DNA of 64,000 bases, from NCBI GenBank assembly GCA_050251415.1, contig JBFWMT010000001.1:15358-79357 (forward strand), given 5' to 3'. The translations under genes were made by a program, and so were the position numbers. Position 1 is the stretch's first letter; each line of letters begins with the position of its first letter. Positions 55,189 through 64,000 of the stretch are shown piece by piece. The DNA is from Anaerotignaceae bacterium (GTDB taxonomy: Bacteria; Bacillota; Clostridia; Lachnospirales; Anaerotignaceae). The notes under the pieces are model-generated. The model had not been told where the DNA came from, made no database searches, and saw only the letters and a program-made list of their open reading frames with translations.

Positions 55189-56643
55189 CTAATTATTTCT
55201 ACCCTTACCACCTGTTTTTAACATAGGAACTGTTTTAACAAATTCTTCATTATCCTTGGTTTTTTTCATTAATTCAATTAAACTTTCAGCAGTTTCAACT
55301 GTAGACGTATTTGCAGTGATGCGCCTTAATACATATACTGCCTCCATCTCCTCTTTAGTCAGCAGCTTGTCATCACGTCTTGTACCCGACTTATTTACAT
55401 CAATAGCGGGATAAATGCGTCTTTCGGAAAGTTTTCTGTCCAATACAAGTTCCATATTGCCTGTGCCTTTAAATTCCTCAAAAACCACATCGTCCATTTT
55501 GCTCCCCGTTTCAACCAAAGCAGTTGCAAGTATTGTAAGGCTTCCGCCGTTTTCAATATTTCTTGCAGCACCAAAAAACTTCTTTGGCATATATAACGCT
55601 GCTGGGTCAAGACCTCCCGAAAGAGTTCTTCCGCTTGGTGCAGTTGTAAGATTATATGCCCTTGCAAGCCTTGTAATGCTATCTAACAAAATAACTAAAT
55701 CTTTACCCTGCTCAACAAGTCTTTTAGCTCTTTCCAAAACCATTTCCGCAACCCTTTTGTGGTGCTCTGGTTGTTCGTCAAAGGTAGAGTATACAATTTC
55801 AACATTTTCGCCCTCTATAGAACGCTGAATGTCCGTAACCTCCTCGGGTCTTTCATCAATTAAAAGCATAATAAGGTTAACATCCGAGTGATTTTTAGTT
55901 ATGGCATTTGCCATTTGAGATAAAAGAATAGTTTTTCCAACCTTTGGAGGCGCAACAATCATACCTCGCTGTCCTTTGCCAATAGGTGAAATAAGGTCAA
56001 TTATTCGGGTTGAAACTTCACTTTGGGTTGTTTCAAGGGTAAGGCGCTGTGTAGGATAAATTGGGGTTAAATCCTCAAAGTTAGGTCTTCTTTTTGCATC
56101 TTCAGGGTTATCACCATTTACGCTTTTTACATAAAGAAGCGCATTGAATTTTTCGTTATCTCTTGATGGCCTTATATTACCTCGTACGCAATCCCCAGTT
56201 TTTAGGTTAAAACGTCGTATTTGCGATGGCGAGATATAAATATCACCTACCCCGGGCAAAAAGTTTTCGGCCCTAAGAAAGCCAAATCCATCAGGCATAA
56301 CCTCTAATATTCCCTCTTCAATCTTATCGCTTTCAAGGTTCTTTTGCAATTGCCCTTCTGCTTTAGTTTTTGCTGCTTCGCCACTGCCTTCTTCCAGCTT
56401 GTGAACTTGTGTATTGACTGGCTGCAGCTTAACTTCATTGGGTTTATCAATATTTTTCTTCACGGGTTGTAATTCATGTTGGTGATGGATTTCTTCAACT
56501 TCTTTGACAGGTACTGCTTCCACATTTTTTTCTATTTTCTCAATAAGTTCTGCCTTTTTCAAGGCACTTATGTTTTTTATACCAAGCTTCTTTGCAGTTT
56601 CTCTAAGCTCGGCAAGAGTCTTTCCAGATATATTTTCCTGCAT
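55189..56643 (-). CDS. rho: Transcription termination factor Rho (with N-terminal insertion)
   Basis: Rho_N ([13 protein letters not shown]), a CSD-like RNA-binding domain, P-loop APPKVGKT and [11 protein letters not shown]. Confidence 0.95.
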   Translation of the reverse strand: MQENISGKTLAELRETAKKLGIKNISALKKAELIEKIEKNVEAVPVKEVEEIHHQHELQPVKKNIDKPNEVKLQPVNTQVHKLEEGSGEAAKTKAEGQLQKNLESDKIEEGILEVMPDGFGFLRAENFLPGVGDIYISPSQIRRFNLKTGDCVRGNIRPSRDNEKFNALLYVKSVNGDNPEDAKRRPNFEDLTPIYPTQRLTLETTQSEVSTRIIDLISPIGKGQRGMIVAPPKVGKTILLSQMANAITKNHSDVNLIMLLIDERPEEVTDIQRSIEGENVEIVYSTFDEQPEHHKRVAEMVLERAKRLVEQGKDLVILLDSITRLARAYNLTTAPSGRTLSGGLDPAALYMPKKFFGAARNIENGGSLTILATALVETGSKMDDVVFEEFKGTGNMELVLDRKLSERRIYPAIDVNKSGTRRDDKLLTKEEMEAVYVLRRITANTSTVETAESLIELMKKTKDNEEFVKTVPMLKTGGKGRNN

Positions 56644-56671
56644 AAAAGCCTCCGTATAATCCCATTATTAT

Positions 56672-57775
56672 TTATTGTTTTGGTATTTTTAACACTTCGC
56701 CAGGTTTAATTTTGTCGTTCTCCTGTAAATTGTTAAAATCCAGAATTTTTTGATAAAGCGCACCATTGCCATAAACCTCATCGGCAATTATCCAGTAATT
56801 ATCACCGTCTTTTACTGTGTATGTATCAAATTCGCCTGTTGGGGTTTGCCCAGCTTCAGCAATTTTTTCATCAGCATTTGCATCAACCGTGTCTGTTGGC
56901 ATTGCATCTTCTTCACCACTTTTAAGTTTTCCAACTTCTTCTTCAAGGGTAAGTACATTAAGCTTAAGCTCCTCGTTCTTAGCCTGTATATCTTCATATT
57001 CTTCAATTTGTGTTTCAGCCTTATTAAGTTTTCCAGTGAGGGAAATTGTTTTAACAAAAAGCACTGCAAAAATCAAAACAATAACAATTCCACCAACCAT
57101 AATAATATTTTTAGCTTTTATTTTCTTTTCATCGTGGTCATACTCATAATTATCGTTATCACCAAAAAAGCTATCCAATATACTTATCTTATCCTTCACA
57201 ATTTCGTCGTTATCATCATCAAATATTTTTTTTCTTTCAGGCATCCTTGAGTTCTCCGTTGTTTCTCTTTCTTCTGCTTCATTAAACGGACTTTCTTTTT
57301 TAATACTTGGCCGTGGTGTTTTTTCAACCTTTACAGTTCTTTCAATTTCTTCAAACTGAGCTGTTGCTTTTGTAGAGAAGCCTTTTGCATAGCCTTTTTT
57401 ACGACTTTTGTGCCTAACAAGCTGAACCATATCGTCGTCATCGTCGTCAAGAATAACAGCCATAGTTTGGTTAAAATCCGGCTGTTCAACTTCTTCTGTT
57501 TGTATCGTCTGCTTTTCTACCATTTCATGCCTTTTAGCTTTAGCTTCACTTTCAGCATTAGTGTATTCCTTCTTTGCCTCATCAAGCCTATGCTTTCTTG
57601 CTGCGCGTATTTCCTCACGGCTAGACATTGTTGAAAACTCATTGTCTTGCTCATCTGCTTTCATGGGATGTGTCTTCATCAAAAGATGAACTATTTCCTT
57701 AGGGAAATCTTCATAAACACCATTGTCGCCATTTTTTTGAACATTTATATTATTGTCAATTTTTTCTCCGTCCAT
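56672..57775 (-). CDS. LysM-domain membrane protein
   Basis: Acidic/basic N-region, a single TM segment, a coiled coil and a C-terminal LysM (YTVKDGDNYWIIADEVYG...KPGEVLKIP). Confidence 0.75.
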   Translation of the reverse strand: MDGEKIDNNINVQKNGDNGVYEDFPKEIVHLLMKTHPMKADEQDNEFSTMSSREEIRAARKHRLDEAKKEYTNAESEAKAKRHEMVEKQTIQTEEVEQPDFNQTMAVILDDDDDDMVQLVRHKSRKKGYAKGFSTKATAQFEEIERTVKVEKTPRPSIKKESPFNEAEERETTENSRMPERKKIFDDDNDEIVKDKISILDSFFGDNDNYEYDHDEKKIKAKNIIMVGGIVIVLIFAVLFVKTISLTGKLNKAETQIEEYEDIQAKNEELKLNVLTLEEEVGKLKSGEEDAMPTDTVDANADEKIAEAGQTPTGEFDTYTVKDGDNYWIIADEVYGNGALYQKILDFNNLQENDKIKPGEVLKIPKQ

Positions 57776-57984
57776 ACAGAACCTCCTTTGTGCATCATAA
57801 GGGTATAAAAATAAAATAATTAATCAATTTTTTCCACGCATAAATACCCTATCTTAAGTATTTTACATTCTACACCCAAAAGTGTCAACTAAGTTTAAAA
57901 TTCTTATGGGCTTTTTAAGCTAATTAGCAATCTTTACATAAAAAATGGCCTTGGAACTATTGCCCCAAGGTCGTTAGTTGTTTT

Positions 57985-59238
57985 TTATACGGTCAGTAAC
58001 CCGCAATCGTCAAAATCTATTTTAACATCTTCCTCAACAAGGTCCACCTTGTCTTTAATGTCGTTATAAATGCTTTCCGAAACAAGAACTGTGCCAAGAT
58101 GAAGTGTATTTTCAATAACCATAACCCTTACTTTAGCTGGGTCAACATTGCCAATGGTTCTAAAAGCAACATCCACTGCCTCTTTTTCCGTATCAAAATG
58201 CACAGGCACTTTACCTCTTTCAAGAAAAGTTGTTGTAACTAAGTTAGAGTACATAGCCTCATAATCTATAGCGTCCACCAATTTTTTTACAGTGATGTCA
58301 GCAAGACCAATGCCTAAAGCATTTCCATAAGAATCCTTGGAAAGTCGAAGTGTAACCAACTTTTTAGCACGTGGTGCAACAGGTTCTTTCTCACCAATGA
58401 TTTTCATTCTGCCAATAGTTTTTGTGTCCATGCCTGTACCGCTGTATTGCTTACCCATTTCTTTAACAATAAGTATATCAATATCATCGTAGGGAAGCTT
58501 TGGTACTTGTCCATAGCTAATTTTAAGTAATCTGGCATCCTCTTCAATAAAGTTTTCAGGCTGAACCCCTTGCAATATATAGGTATCGTCCTTTGTGTTT
58601 TCCACAATACCAATACCAGCTATAATAGGTGCGTTTTTAATAATAACTTTGGCCGTTGCTGGTATGGTTTTGCCAAGTCCATTATCATGCATTGCACTTG
58701 CACCTTTTTGCTTTCCAAGGCCAACAGATAGCATCTTTACAATACCGCTTTCGTTATCGGCAGTAAAGTCTGTATGTGGCTTAACACGGTTAACTACAAT
58801 AACGCCATCGCTTTCAAATGCAATTTTATCAAAATATACAGGTGTACCAAATTCTGTATCCTCAAACTGAACAGTTTCCATAGAGGAACGTATTTCACAA
58901 CCCATAGCCTCTTCACTTATGCCAAATTTTTCAGATACGTGCTTTTGTCCATCAGCAGTTGCTCCGCCGTGACTTCCCATGGCAGGCACAATAAACGGCT
59001 TTGCATTGCAACTTCTTACATAGTCACAAACTGCACGCACTATCACTGCTATATTATTAATTCCACGGCTGCCACTGCAAACACCTATTTGTGCATCTGG
59101 CTTAATGGTTTCTCTTAAGCCTATTGAATCAAGCTGATTAAAAACTTCCGCTGGAATATCTGTTATTTTTTCATCATTCATATGCTGTTTAATTCGGTAC
59201 ATTTTGGGGTACACAGCATTCTCAACTAAATAGCTCAT
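57985..59238 (-). CDS. LarA-like (DUF2088, lactate-racemase N-terminal domain) protein
   Basis: 417 aa. VPAMGSHGGAT and the overall pattern are as in DUF2088 proteins. Assigned from memory. Confidence 0.5.
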   Translation of the reverse strand: MSYLVENAVYPKMYRIKQHMNDEKITDIPAEVFNQLDSIGLRETIKPDAQIGVCSGSRGINNIAVIVRAVCDYVRSCNAKPFIVPAMGSHGGATADGQKHVSEKFGISEEAMGCEIRSSMETVQFEDTEFGTPVYFDKIAFESDGVIVVNRVKPHTDFTADNESGIVKMLSVGLGKQKGASAMHDNGLGKTIPATAKVIIKNAPIIAGIGIVENTKDDTYILQGVQPENFIEEDARLLKISYGQVPKLPYDDIDILIVKEMGKQYSGTGMDTKTIGRMKIIGEKEPVAPRAKKLVTLRLSKDSYGNALGIGLADITVKKLVDAIDYEAMYSNLVTTTFLERGKVPVHFDTEKEAVDVAFRTIGNVDPAKVRVMVIENTLHLGTVLVSESIYNDIKDKVDLVEEDVKIDFDDCGLLTV

Positions 59239-59280
59239 TTTGCACCTCCCATAAAAATTTAAAGCAATATAAATTTATTG

Positions 59281-59796
59281 TTAAAACCCATATTTTGCCT
59301 TAACAGCCTCCATCATTGCCTTGTTTATACCTTCAAGGTCTGTTTCATCCTTAGAATATGCTGTTTTAAACGCACCTATGGCCGCTTTTGCTTCATCAAA
59401 GGGACCAGGCACATTTATAACAAGGGTATCTCCAATTTTGCCTATTACGAGCTTGCACCACATATGTCCATTTTTACCGTACATCTCCTGTGAAAATTTG
59501 TTTTCCAAAATCTGCTCTAAGGATGAATGTGTGTAGTCCTTACCCAAGGTATTGCTGTAGCGATGCCCGCCACCGCTTCCGCCTATCATAACAATAAGGT
59601 CACTGCCATTGCTGGCAATGCCTTTTATTTTATCTATTATAAGGTTTTCTTTATCAACAACAGGAGCAAGGCGTGCTATCTGTGCACCGCCGTTAATTGC
59701 AAGTAGTGTCTGCATAAGCATAGGGCTGTCTGTATCCAGTACAATGCCCACGTTCAGCTCATCCCCTGTAGGTATTATGGTGGCATTTTTAAACAT
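59281..59796 (-). CDS. MoaB/MogA/CinA-like molybdopterin-binding-fold (MoCF_biosynth) protein
   Basis: Motifs IIPTGDEL and MIGGSGGG. Confidence 0.5.
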   Translation of the reverse strand: MFKNATIIPTGDELNVGIVLDTDSPMLMQTLLAINGGAQIARLAPVVDKENLIIDKIKGIASNGSDLIVMIGGSGGGHRYSNTLGKDYTHSSLEQILENKFSQEMYGKNGHMWCKLVIGKIGDTLVINVPGPFDEAKAAIGAFKTAYSKDETDLEGINKAMMEAVKAKYGF

Positions 59797-60148
59797 TAAG
59801 CCATCGCTCCTTCATACATGTCCCCTCGTGATACTCTGGCAAATTATTAAAGTCCACACTTTTTATTTTTTCAACTGAGGAAATCTGGGAAACATCTGAA
59901 ATTGTAATGCCATCAGCAACGGCAATAGCCTTTATAAGACCATTCTCCTCTTTAAGCACGTCCTCTTCTTCAATACCATAAACATCCATCTCAATGGACT
60001 CGCCTGTAACGCCAATAATACGTACAACACTTTTCAATTTATCAAGTATTATTTTTTCTAGCTCCTGTATGTTAAGCCCCTTAACCTGTAGGCCAGTTAT
60101 TTTAATAACAGTTTTGTCCACTTGAACAATTACCTTGTTATCTTCCAT
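59789..60148 (-). CDS. Hypothetical protein
   Basis: 119-aa ORF overlapping the downstream start by 8 nt. Confidence 0.45.
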   Translation of the reverse strand: MEDNKVIVQVDKTVIKITGLQVKGLNIQELEKIILDKLKSVVRIIGVTGESIEMDVYGIEEEDVLKEENGLIKAIAVADGITISDVSQISSVEKIKSVDFNNLPEYHEGTCMKERWLNV

Positions 60149-60165
60149 CTCAACATCTCCAAACC

Positions 60166-61188
60166 TTAAACTTCTACAGATACCACCTGTACAAGGTCTT
60201 CAGCCTTAAATTTAGATGCATCCTCTATACCAGGTATAATTTCGTCTGCCCTAAGCATAATTTCTTCCGGAGTCAGTATTTCTACCTTTTCCTTCATCCA
60301 TTCCTTTGTAACGCCAATGCTTTCAAGCTCTTCATATGCTTTTTCAGTAATATTTTCAAAGTCTGGAGCAATACCCATGTATTTTGCCACAGCAAGCACC
60401 GCTGGTGATGCACCTACGGTTCTGCCAGGAATACAACCAGCCTGTAATGCTCTTATAATATATTTTGCAAGGATAGACTTATCTGCTACTATACATGGAA
60501 TATGTGCCTTAAGTGTCTGCGCATAAATTCCGCTTCCATGTGCTGTTTCGCCTGCTGGGAACTGTCTTGTAGGGAATACTCGTCCATACATTTCAGGCAT
60601 AATCATACCAATACCAACGGAAATTGTGCCGCCTGTAAGGCCAAGAACAACATTTCCGTTTTCAATAATCTGCTGCTGTCCAAGAATAGGAAGAAGAATT
60701 TCCTCCATAGTAACAATATTCATCATCTCTGTTGCAGAATTGTTATTACTTGCACGGCCTGAAATACAAACATTGTGTACAGGGATTAATTTAGTATGAG
60801 GGTCTGGACCTCTAAAAAGCTTTTTGCCCTTATAGTTTGCATCCCACTGCAAAAGGTGAGGTTCTTCTTCAATAAGTTTTTCGCTATAAGGCATTTCAAC
60901 CATTTCAAGGTAACCAAAATCTTTATTGATAATTCCTCGATCGGCTGCTGCCATAAATACAGTAGTACCGTCTACCATAACGCCATCGCTTGTTGTAGTA
61001 ACACAGTCAGGGTCAAAAATATTCATACCAACAGGGCCTTCCACTGTTTTTGCAACTGCCTCAAAAGCCTCTTTTGGTGTAATGCCACAAGCCTTTACAT
61101 CGTTTAAGTTAATAAACGCAATATTTAAAGGTATATATTTGCCTTTAAGCATACCTTCTGGAATCATTTTATATGTTAATTTAGCCAT
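60166..61188 (-). CDS. Conserved uncharacterised protein, possibly GGGtGRT family
   Basis: 340 aa with Gly-rich segments GLTGGTISVGIG and AGCIPGRTVGA. The family name is tentative. Confidence 0.35.
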   Translation of the reverse strand: MAKLTYKMIPEGMLKGKYIPLNIAFINLNDVKACGITPKEAFEAVAKTVEGPVGMNIFDPDCVTTTSDGVMVDGTTVFMAAADRGIINKDFGYLEMVEMPYSEKLIEEEPHLLQWDANYKGKKLFRGPDPHTKLIPVHNVCISGRASNNNSATEMMNIVTMEEILLPILGQQQIIENGNVVLGLTGGTISVGIGMIMPEMYGRVFPTRQFPAGETAHGSGIYAQTLKAHIPCIVADKSILAKYIIRALQAGCIPGRTVGASPAVLAVAKYMGIAPDFENITEKAYEELESIGVTKEWMKEKVEILTPEEIMLRADEIIPGIEDASKFKAEDLVQVVSVEV

Positions 61189-61204
61189 TGTTATTCCCTC
61201 CTAA

Positions 61205-61585
61205 TTAGTGTCTGCCAATTCCTGGTCTTCTGTCTTCAACATCTGCGCAGCCCATAAGTTCTGCTTCCTCTGTAGGATGAATGATGTTTACCAGTTCCAG
61301 TATTGCGCTTTTTACATTACCGTCTTTATCCATGCCTTTAATTATAACTGTGTGCATAGTTTCAGGTACACGTGGAATAACAACGAAATCTATTTTTTCT
61401 ACGCCATCTCTAAGTGTCATTTCCCCAACAGCATGTTCAATTCTGCCAGTTCTAAGTGATTGCATCTTTGCAGATGTAAGATTTTCAAGCCCTCTTATTG
61501 TAATTTCTTTTGGACAATTGCTTTCAGTTGCGGCAACCTTCATTTTTTTTAAAAACTCTGGTAACTTCGTATGCATTAATTTCAT
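61205..61585 (-). CDS. Hypothetical protein, first gene of the operon
   Basis: Start moved to ATG 61585 (MKLMHTKLPEF) with RBS AAAGGG 8 nt upstream. The track start at 61651 is a TTG with no RBS. Confidence 0.45.
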   Translation of the reverse strand: MKLMHTKLPEFLKKMKVAATESNCPKEITIRGLENLTSAKMQSLRTGRIEHAVGEMTLRDGVEKIDFVVIPRVPETMHTVIIKGMDKDGNVKSAILELVNIIHPTEEAELMGCADVEDRRPGIGRH

Positions 61586-61699
61586 ATTAATCGCCCTTTC
61601 TGCTGTTCTCAGCAAATACCTTTTTCGTATGGTGTTATATTGGTTTTTCAAAACTTAGTCCGTATATGCGAACCGCGTTTCTTAATTAAGTCACTTCTA

Positions 61700-61728
61700 A
61701 TACTACCAAAGGTATCACCAAACGTCAA
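61700..61728 (-). promoter_or_regulatory. Putative sigmaA promoter of the LarA-like operon
   Basis: Minus strand: TTGACG (61728-61723), 17 nt, TAGTAT (61705-61700). Confidence 0.45.
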
Positions 61729-62010
61729 TACTAAAACGCTATAAATTCAAGGTTTTCAGCCATTATTTTTTGCTTAAAACTTTTAATTGTTAAATATATA
61801 TCAAATTTTATTTTTTAAAATTAAGCAAAATTATATGGCCTTACCTGTCAGACCGCACAAATAATCATCGCATTTTTTGTTCCTTTTTTCGTCATAAATT
61901 TTAATTTATACTACCATGTTACACTCATGGTCTGACCATTATTCAACTGTTGCAAGCATTTATAAACAAAAAAGCTGTTACCCTCTCTATAGGATAACAA
62001 CTTTTTATAT

Positions 62011-62739
62011 TTATATTCCATCTTTGTATTTTTCGTTCAATCGTTCCCTGCGTTCTTTCCAGTCTGACATATATTTATCAATCAACGCATAAAAGTCTTT
62101 GCCATGATTAGCGTGTTTAAAATGCATAAGTTCATGCAACACAACATGGTCAATGCATTCCCGGTCTGCTTTCATCAATTGCAAATTAAGGGTTATTTTC
62201 TGACTTCTTGGGTTACAGCTTCCCCAGCGCGTTTTCATATTTCTTATACTAACTGTTGGCATAGGAATATTTTCTTTTACTGCAAGGCTTTGCATACGCA
62301 TAACACTATCATTAAAAACCGCAATTGCCTCTTTTTTTAGCCAACCCAAATATTGCAACTTAACACCATTGCTTTCGTTTGGTTGTTTTGAAAAAACAGT
62401 AATAACATTTTCCCCTTCTGTAACAAAATCCACATCACTTTGCTTTATATCTACCACATATGCTTCGCCCAAATAGTAGCATTTTTTACCTACATATATC
62501 TCACTATCTGGCTTTGCCATGTTGTACCTTTCAACAGCCGCTAAAGTTCTTATTATCCACTCTGCCTTACTTTCTATAAACCCATTTATTTCTTCCACAG
62601 GCAACCCGCTCCTTGCCGAAACAAGTATTTCGCCTTTTTCATTAATTCTTACATTCATATTTTTTACGGGCTTTCTGGTAAGGGTATATTCAATGGGTAT
62701 ACCGCAGTATTGTATTGTTTTTTTGCTCAACTTACTCAC
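62011..62739 (-). CDS. YgjP-like (DUF45/M48-related) metal-dependent hydrolase
   Basis: HExxH (VLHELMHFKHANHG). About 240 aa. Confidence 0.75.
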   Translation of the reverse strand: MSKLSKKTIQYCGIPIEYTLTRKPVKNMNVRINEKGEILVSARSGLPVEEINGFIESKAEWIIRTLAAVERYNMAKPDSEIYVGKKCYYLGEAYVVDIKQSDVDFVTEGENVITVFSKQPNESNGVKLQYLGWLKKEAIAVFNDSVMRMQSLAVKENIPMPTVSIRNMKTRWGSCNPRSQKITLNLQLMKADRECIDHVVLHELMHFKHANHGKDFYALIDKYMSDWKERRERLNEKYKDGI

Positions 62740-62789
62740 CTTTGCTTTTTAGCACTTGGAAACACTGATGTAATGTAATCAAAAATTAA

Positions 62790-64000
62790 TTAATCAATAT
62801 TTCGCTTGTTATAAAGTTTCCTTGTTTGCTGATAAAGTGCTTTATTTTCATTAATTTTTGTTTCACTGCCAAAGGTGCAAATTGCTCCTTTTTTCATAAC
62901 TGCATTGAAAAGTTCAGCATATTCTTTAACGTCTTTTTCAGTTACAGAAAGAATTTCATCTCTTTCCCTTTGAACATCTTCCCTTGTTAAACCATTATAA
63001 TACCTTGCCACCATAAGTTCAAGCCTGTCCGACTTACTTTTTGGTCTGTCTATCACATTTATTGCCCCAAGGGTATATTTTGTAATTTCCCTCTCTGTAA
63101 GGCTAATGTTACTAAGGAAATTGCCAATATTGTCAAAATTGTTAAAGGTTTCTTTCACGTTAGGGTCTCGGTATGAATAAGTGTACACATTTCCGTTACG
63201 GCTGAAGTTACAGCCACAGCCATATGCACCGCCCTTAACACGCACCTCATTCCACAAATACTGGGTATTAATAATATTTTTAATAACACTCATTTTCCCG
63301 CTGTATTTAAAGCCTTCTTTAATGAAGTTTGCCGCCTTTGCATTGTAAACAACTTTTGCACCGTTTTCCACAGCCTCTGCCCCTAGGTTTTTAACAAGGC
63401 TTACATTTTCCTTTTTAGCCGTAGATTTTGGTAATTTTTCCTCTATTGAATAAAGCATTTTTCTCACTTCTTCAATATTATTTTCCTTAGCCGCTACAGA
63501 AATCAAAAGATTTTCTTTGGCAAATATAAGTTCAGAAACTTTTTTCAGCCCTTCTGCTGTTTCTTTAATGTTATCTCCTGCTTTTAGCAAAAAGTCGTTA
63601 AAGGCAATTCCTGCTGTTGCATCTTTGTATGCCCCAGCTTCATCAAAAAGTGCAAAACATCTGGTTATTGCCGAAAGATGTCCGTTGTTATCAAAATGTC
63701 TTTCGTATTCAGCTTTCAAATCCAGTATTATTTTCGAAAGACTGCACTGCATATCGAATTTAGTTTCAAAAATTATCTGCTGAATAATCTCAACCATCTT
63801 GTCCATATTACGCATAAGCGCCTTGGCATTAATACATAGAACTGGCATTACATCATTGCTATTATTATACACCTCAAGCCTTCCGTAAATTCCGCCTGTA
63901 AACATATCAGTTTGGGTTGATAGTTTTTCATAATCAAATTTTTCGGTATCCAATTTGCCCAATACCCTGCCCAAAAGTCCAACATAAGGCACAAGTTCTG
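62790..64000 (-). CDS. M16C (PreP/insulinase-like) peptidase, C-terminal part; gene continues beyond the right edge
   Basis: The frame stays open to the window end. The sequence (..GGIYGRLEV.., ..VRVKGGAYGCG..) is typical of the C-terminal halves of ~970-aa M16C peptidases. Confidence 0.65.
   Translation of the reverse strand, partial: ELVPYVGLLGRVLGKLDTEKFDYEKLSTQTDMFTGGIYGRLEVYNNSNDVMPVLCINAKALMRNMDKMVEIIQQIIFETKFDMQCSLSKIILDLKAEYERHFDNNGHLSAITRCFALFDEAGAYKDATAGIAFNDFLLKAGDNIKETAEGLKKVSELIFAKENLLISVAAKENNIEEVRKMLYSIEEKLPKSTAKKENVSLVKNLGAEAVENGAKVVYNAKAANFIKEGFKYSGKMSVIKNIINTQYLWNEVRVKGGAYGCGCNFSRNGNVYTYSYRDPNVKETFNNFDNIGNFLSNISLTEREITKYTLGAINVIDRPKSKSDRLELMVARYYNGLTREDVQRERDEILSVTEKDVKEYAELFNAVMKKGAICTFGSETKINENKALYQQTRKLYNKRNID

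Overview
Low-GC Firmicutes (Clostridia-like) chromosomal segment. The taxon is inferred from strong GGAGG-type RBSs, AT-rich codons and gene content. Layout:
- (a) 1-8948: the right part of a temperate prophage (SSB/RecT/nuclease module, CI-Cro-like switch, morons, tyrosine integrase). It is integrated into the 3' end of the tmRNA gene (8949-9298), next to smpB.
- (b) 9952-15989: housekeeping genes (panE-like, rnr, purE, nhaC-like).
- (c) The most striking feature: a PdaB-like NodB polysaccharide deacetylase gene is split inside catalytic motif 4 into fragments at 16201-16451 and 33203-33746. The intervening 16,751-bp insert ends in a large serine recombinase. A near-perfect 48-bp dyad attP can be deduced from the two junctions. 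The cargo is non-phage: omega-amino-acid/GABA-type catabolism plus an ABC importer, a PucR regulator, a REC-CheC/CheX pair, secreted repeat proteins, PhzF and a serine hydrolase.
- (d) 34411-47371: a Ter stress-response cluster. One operon holds rhomboid, YceG-like, TelA-like and three TerD genes, followed by a Ca2+ P-type ATPase and a HAD phosphatase. It diverges from a C-C lyase / PRTase / StiP-like 'nucleoside-like metabolite' operon.
- (e) 48148-57775: glgP, a split short-chain chrA pair, prfA/prmC/DUF1385, rpmE, rho and a LysM protein.
- (f) 57985-61585: an uncharacterised LarA-like/MoaB-like five-gene operon, then a DUF45 peptidase and a partial M16 peptidase.

I saw no rRNA, tRNA or CRISPR array. 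All functional calls come from motif recognition by eye; no database search was run.
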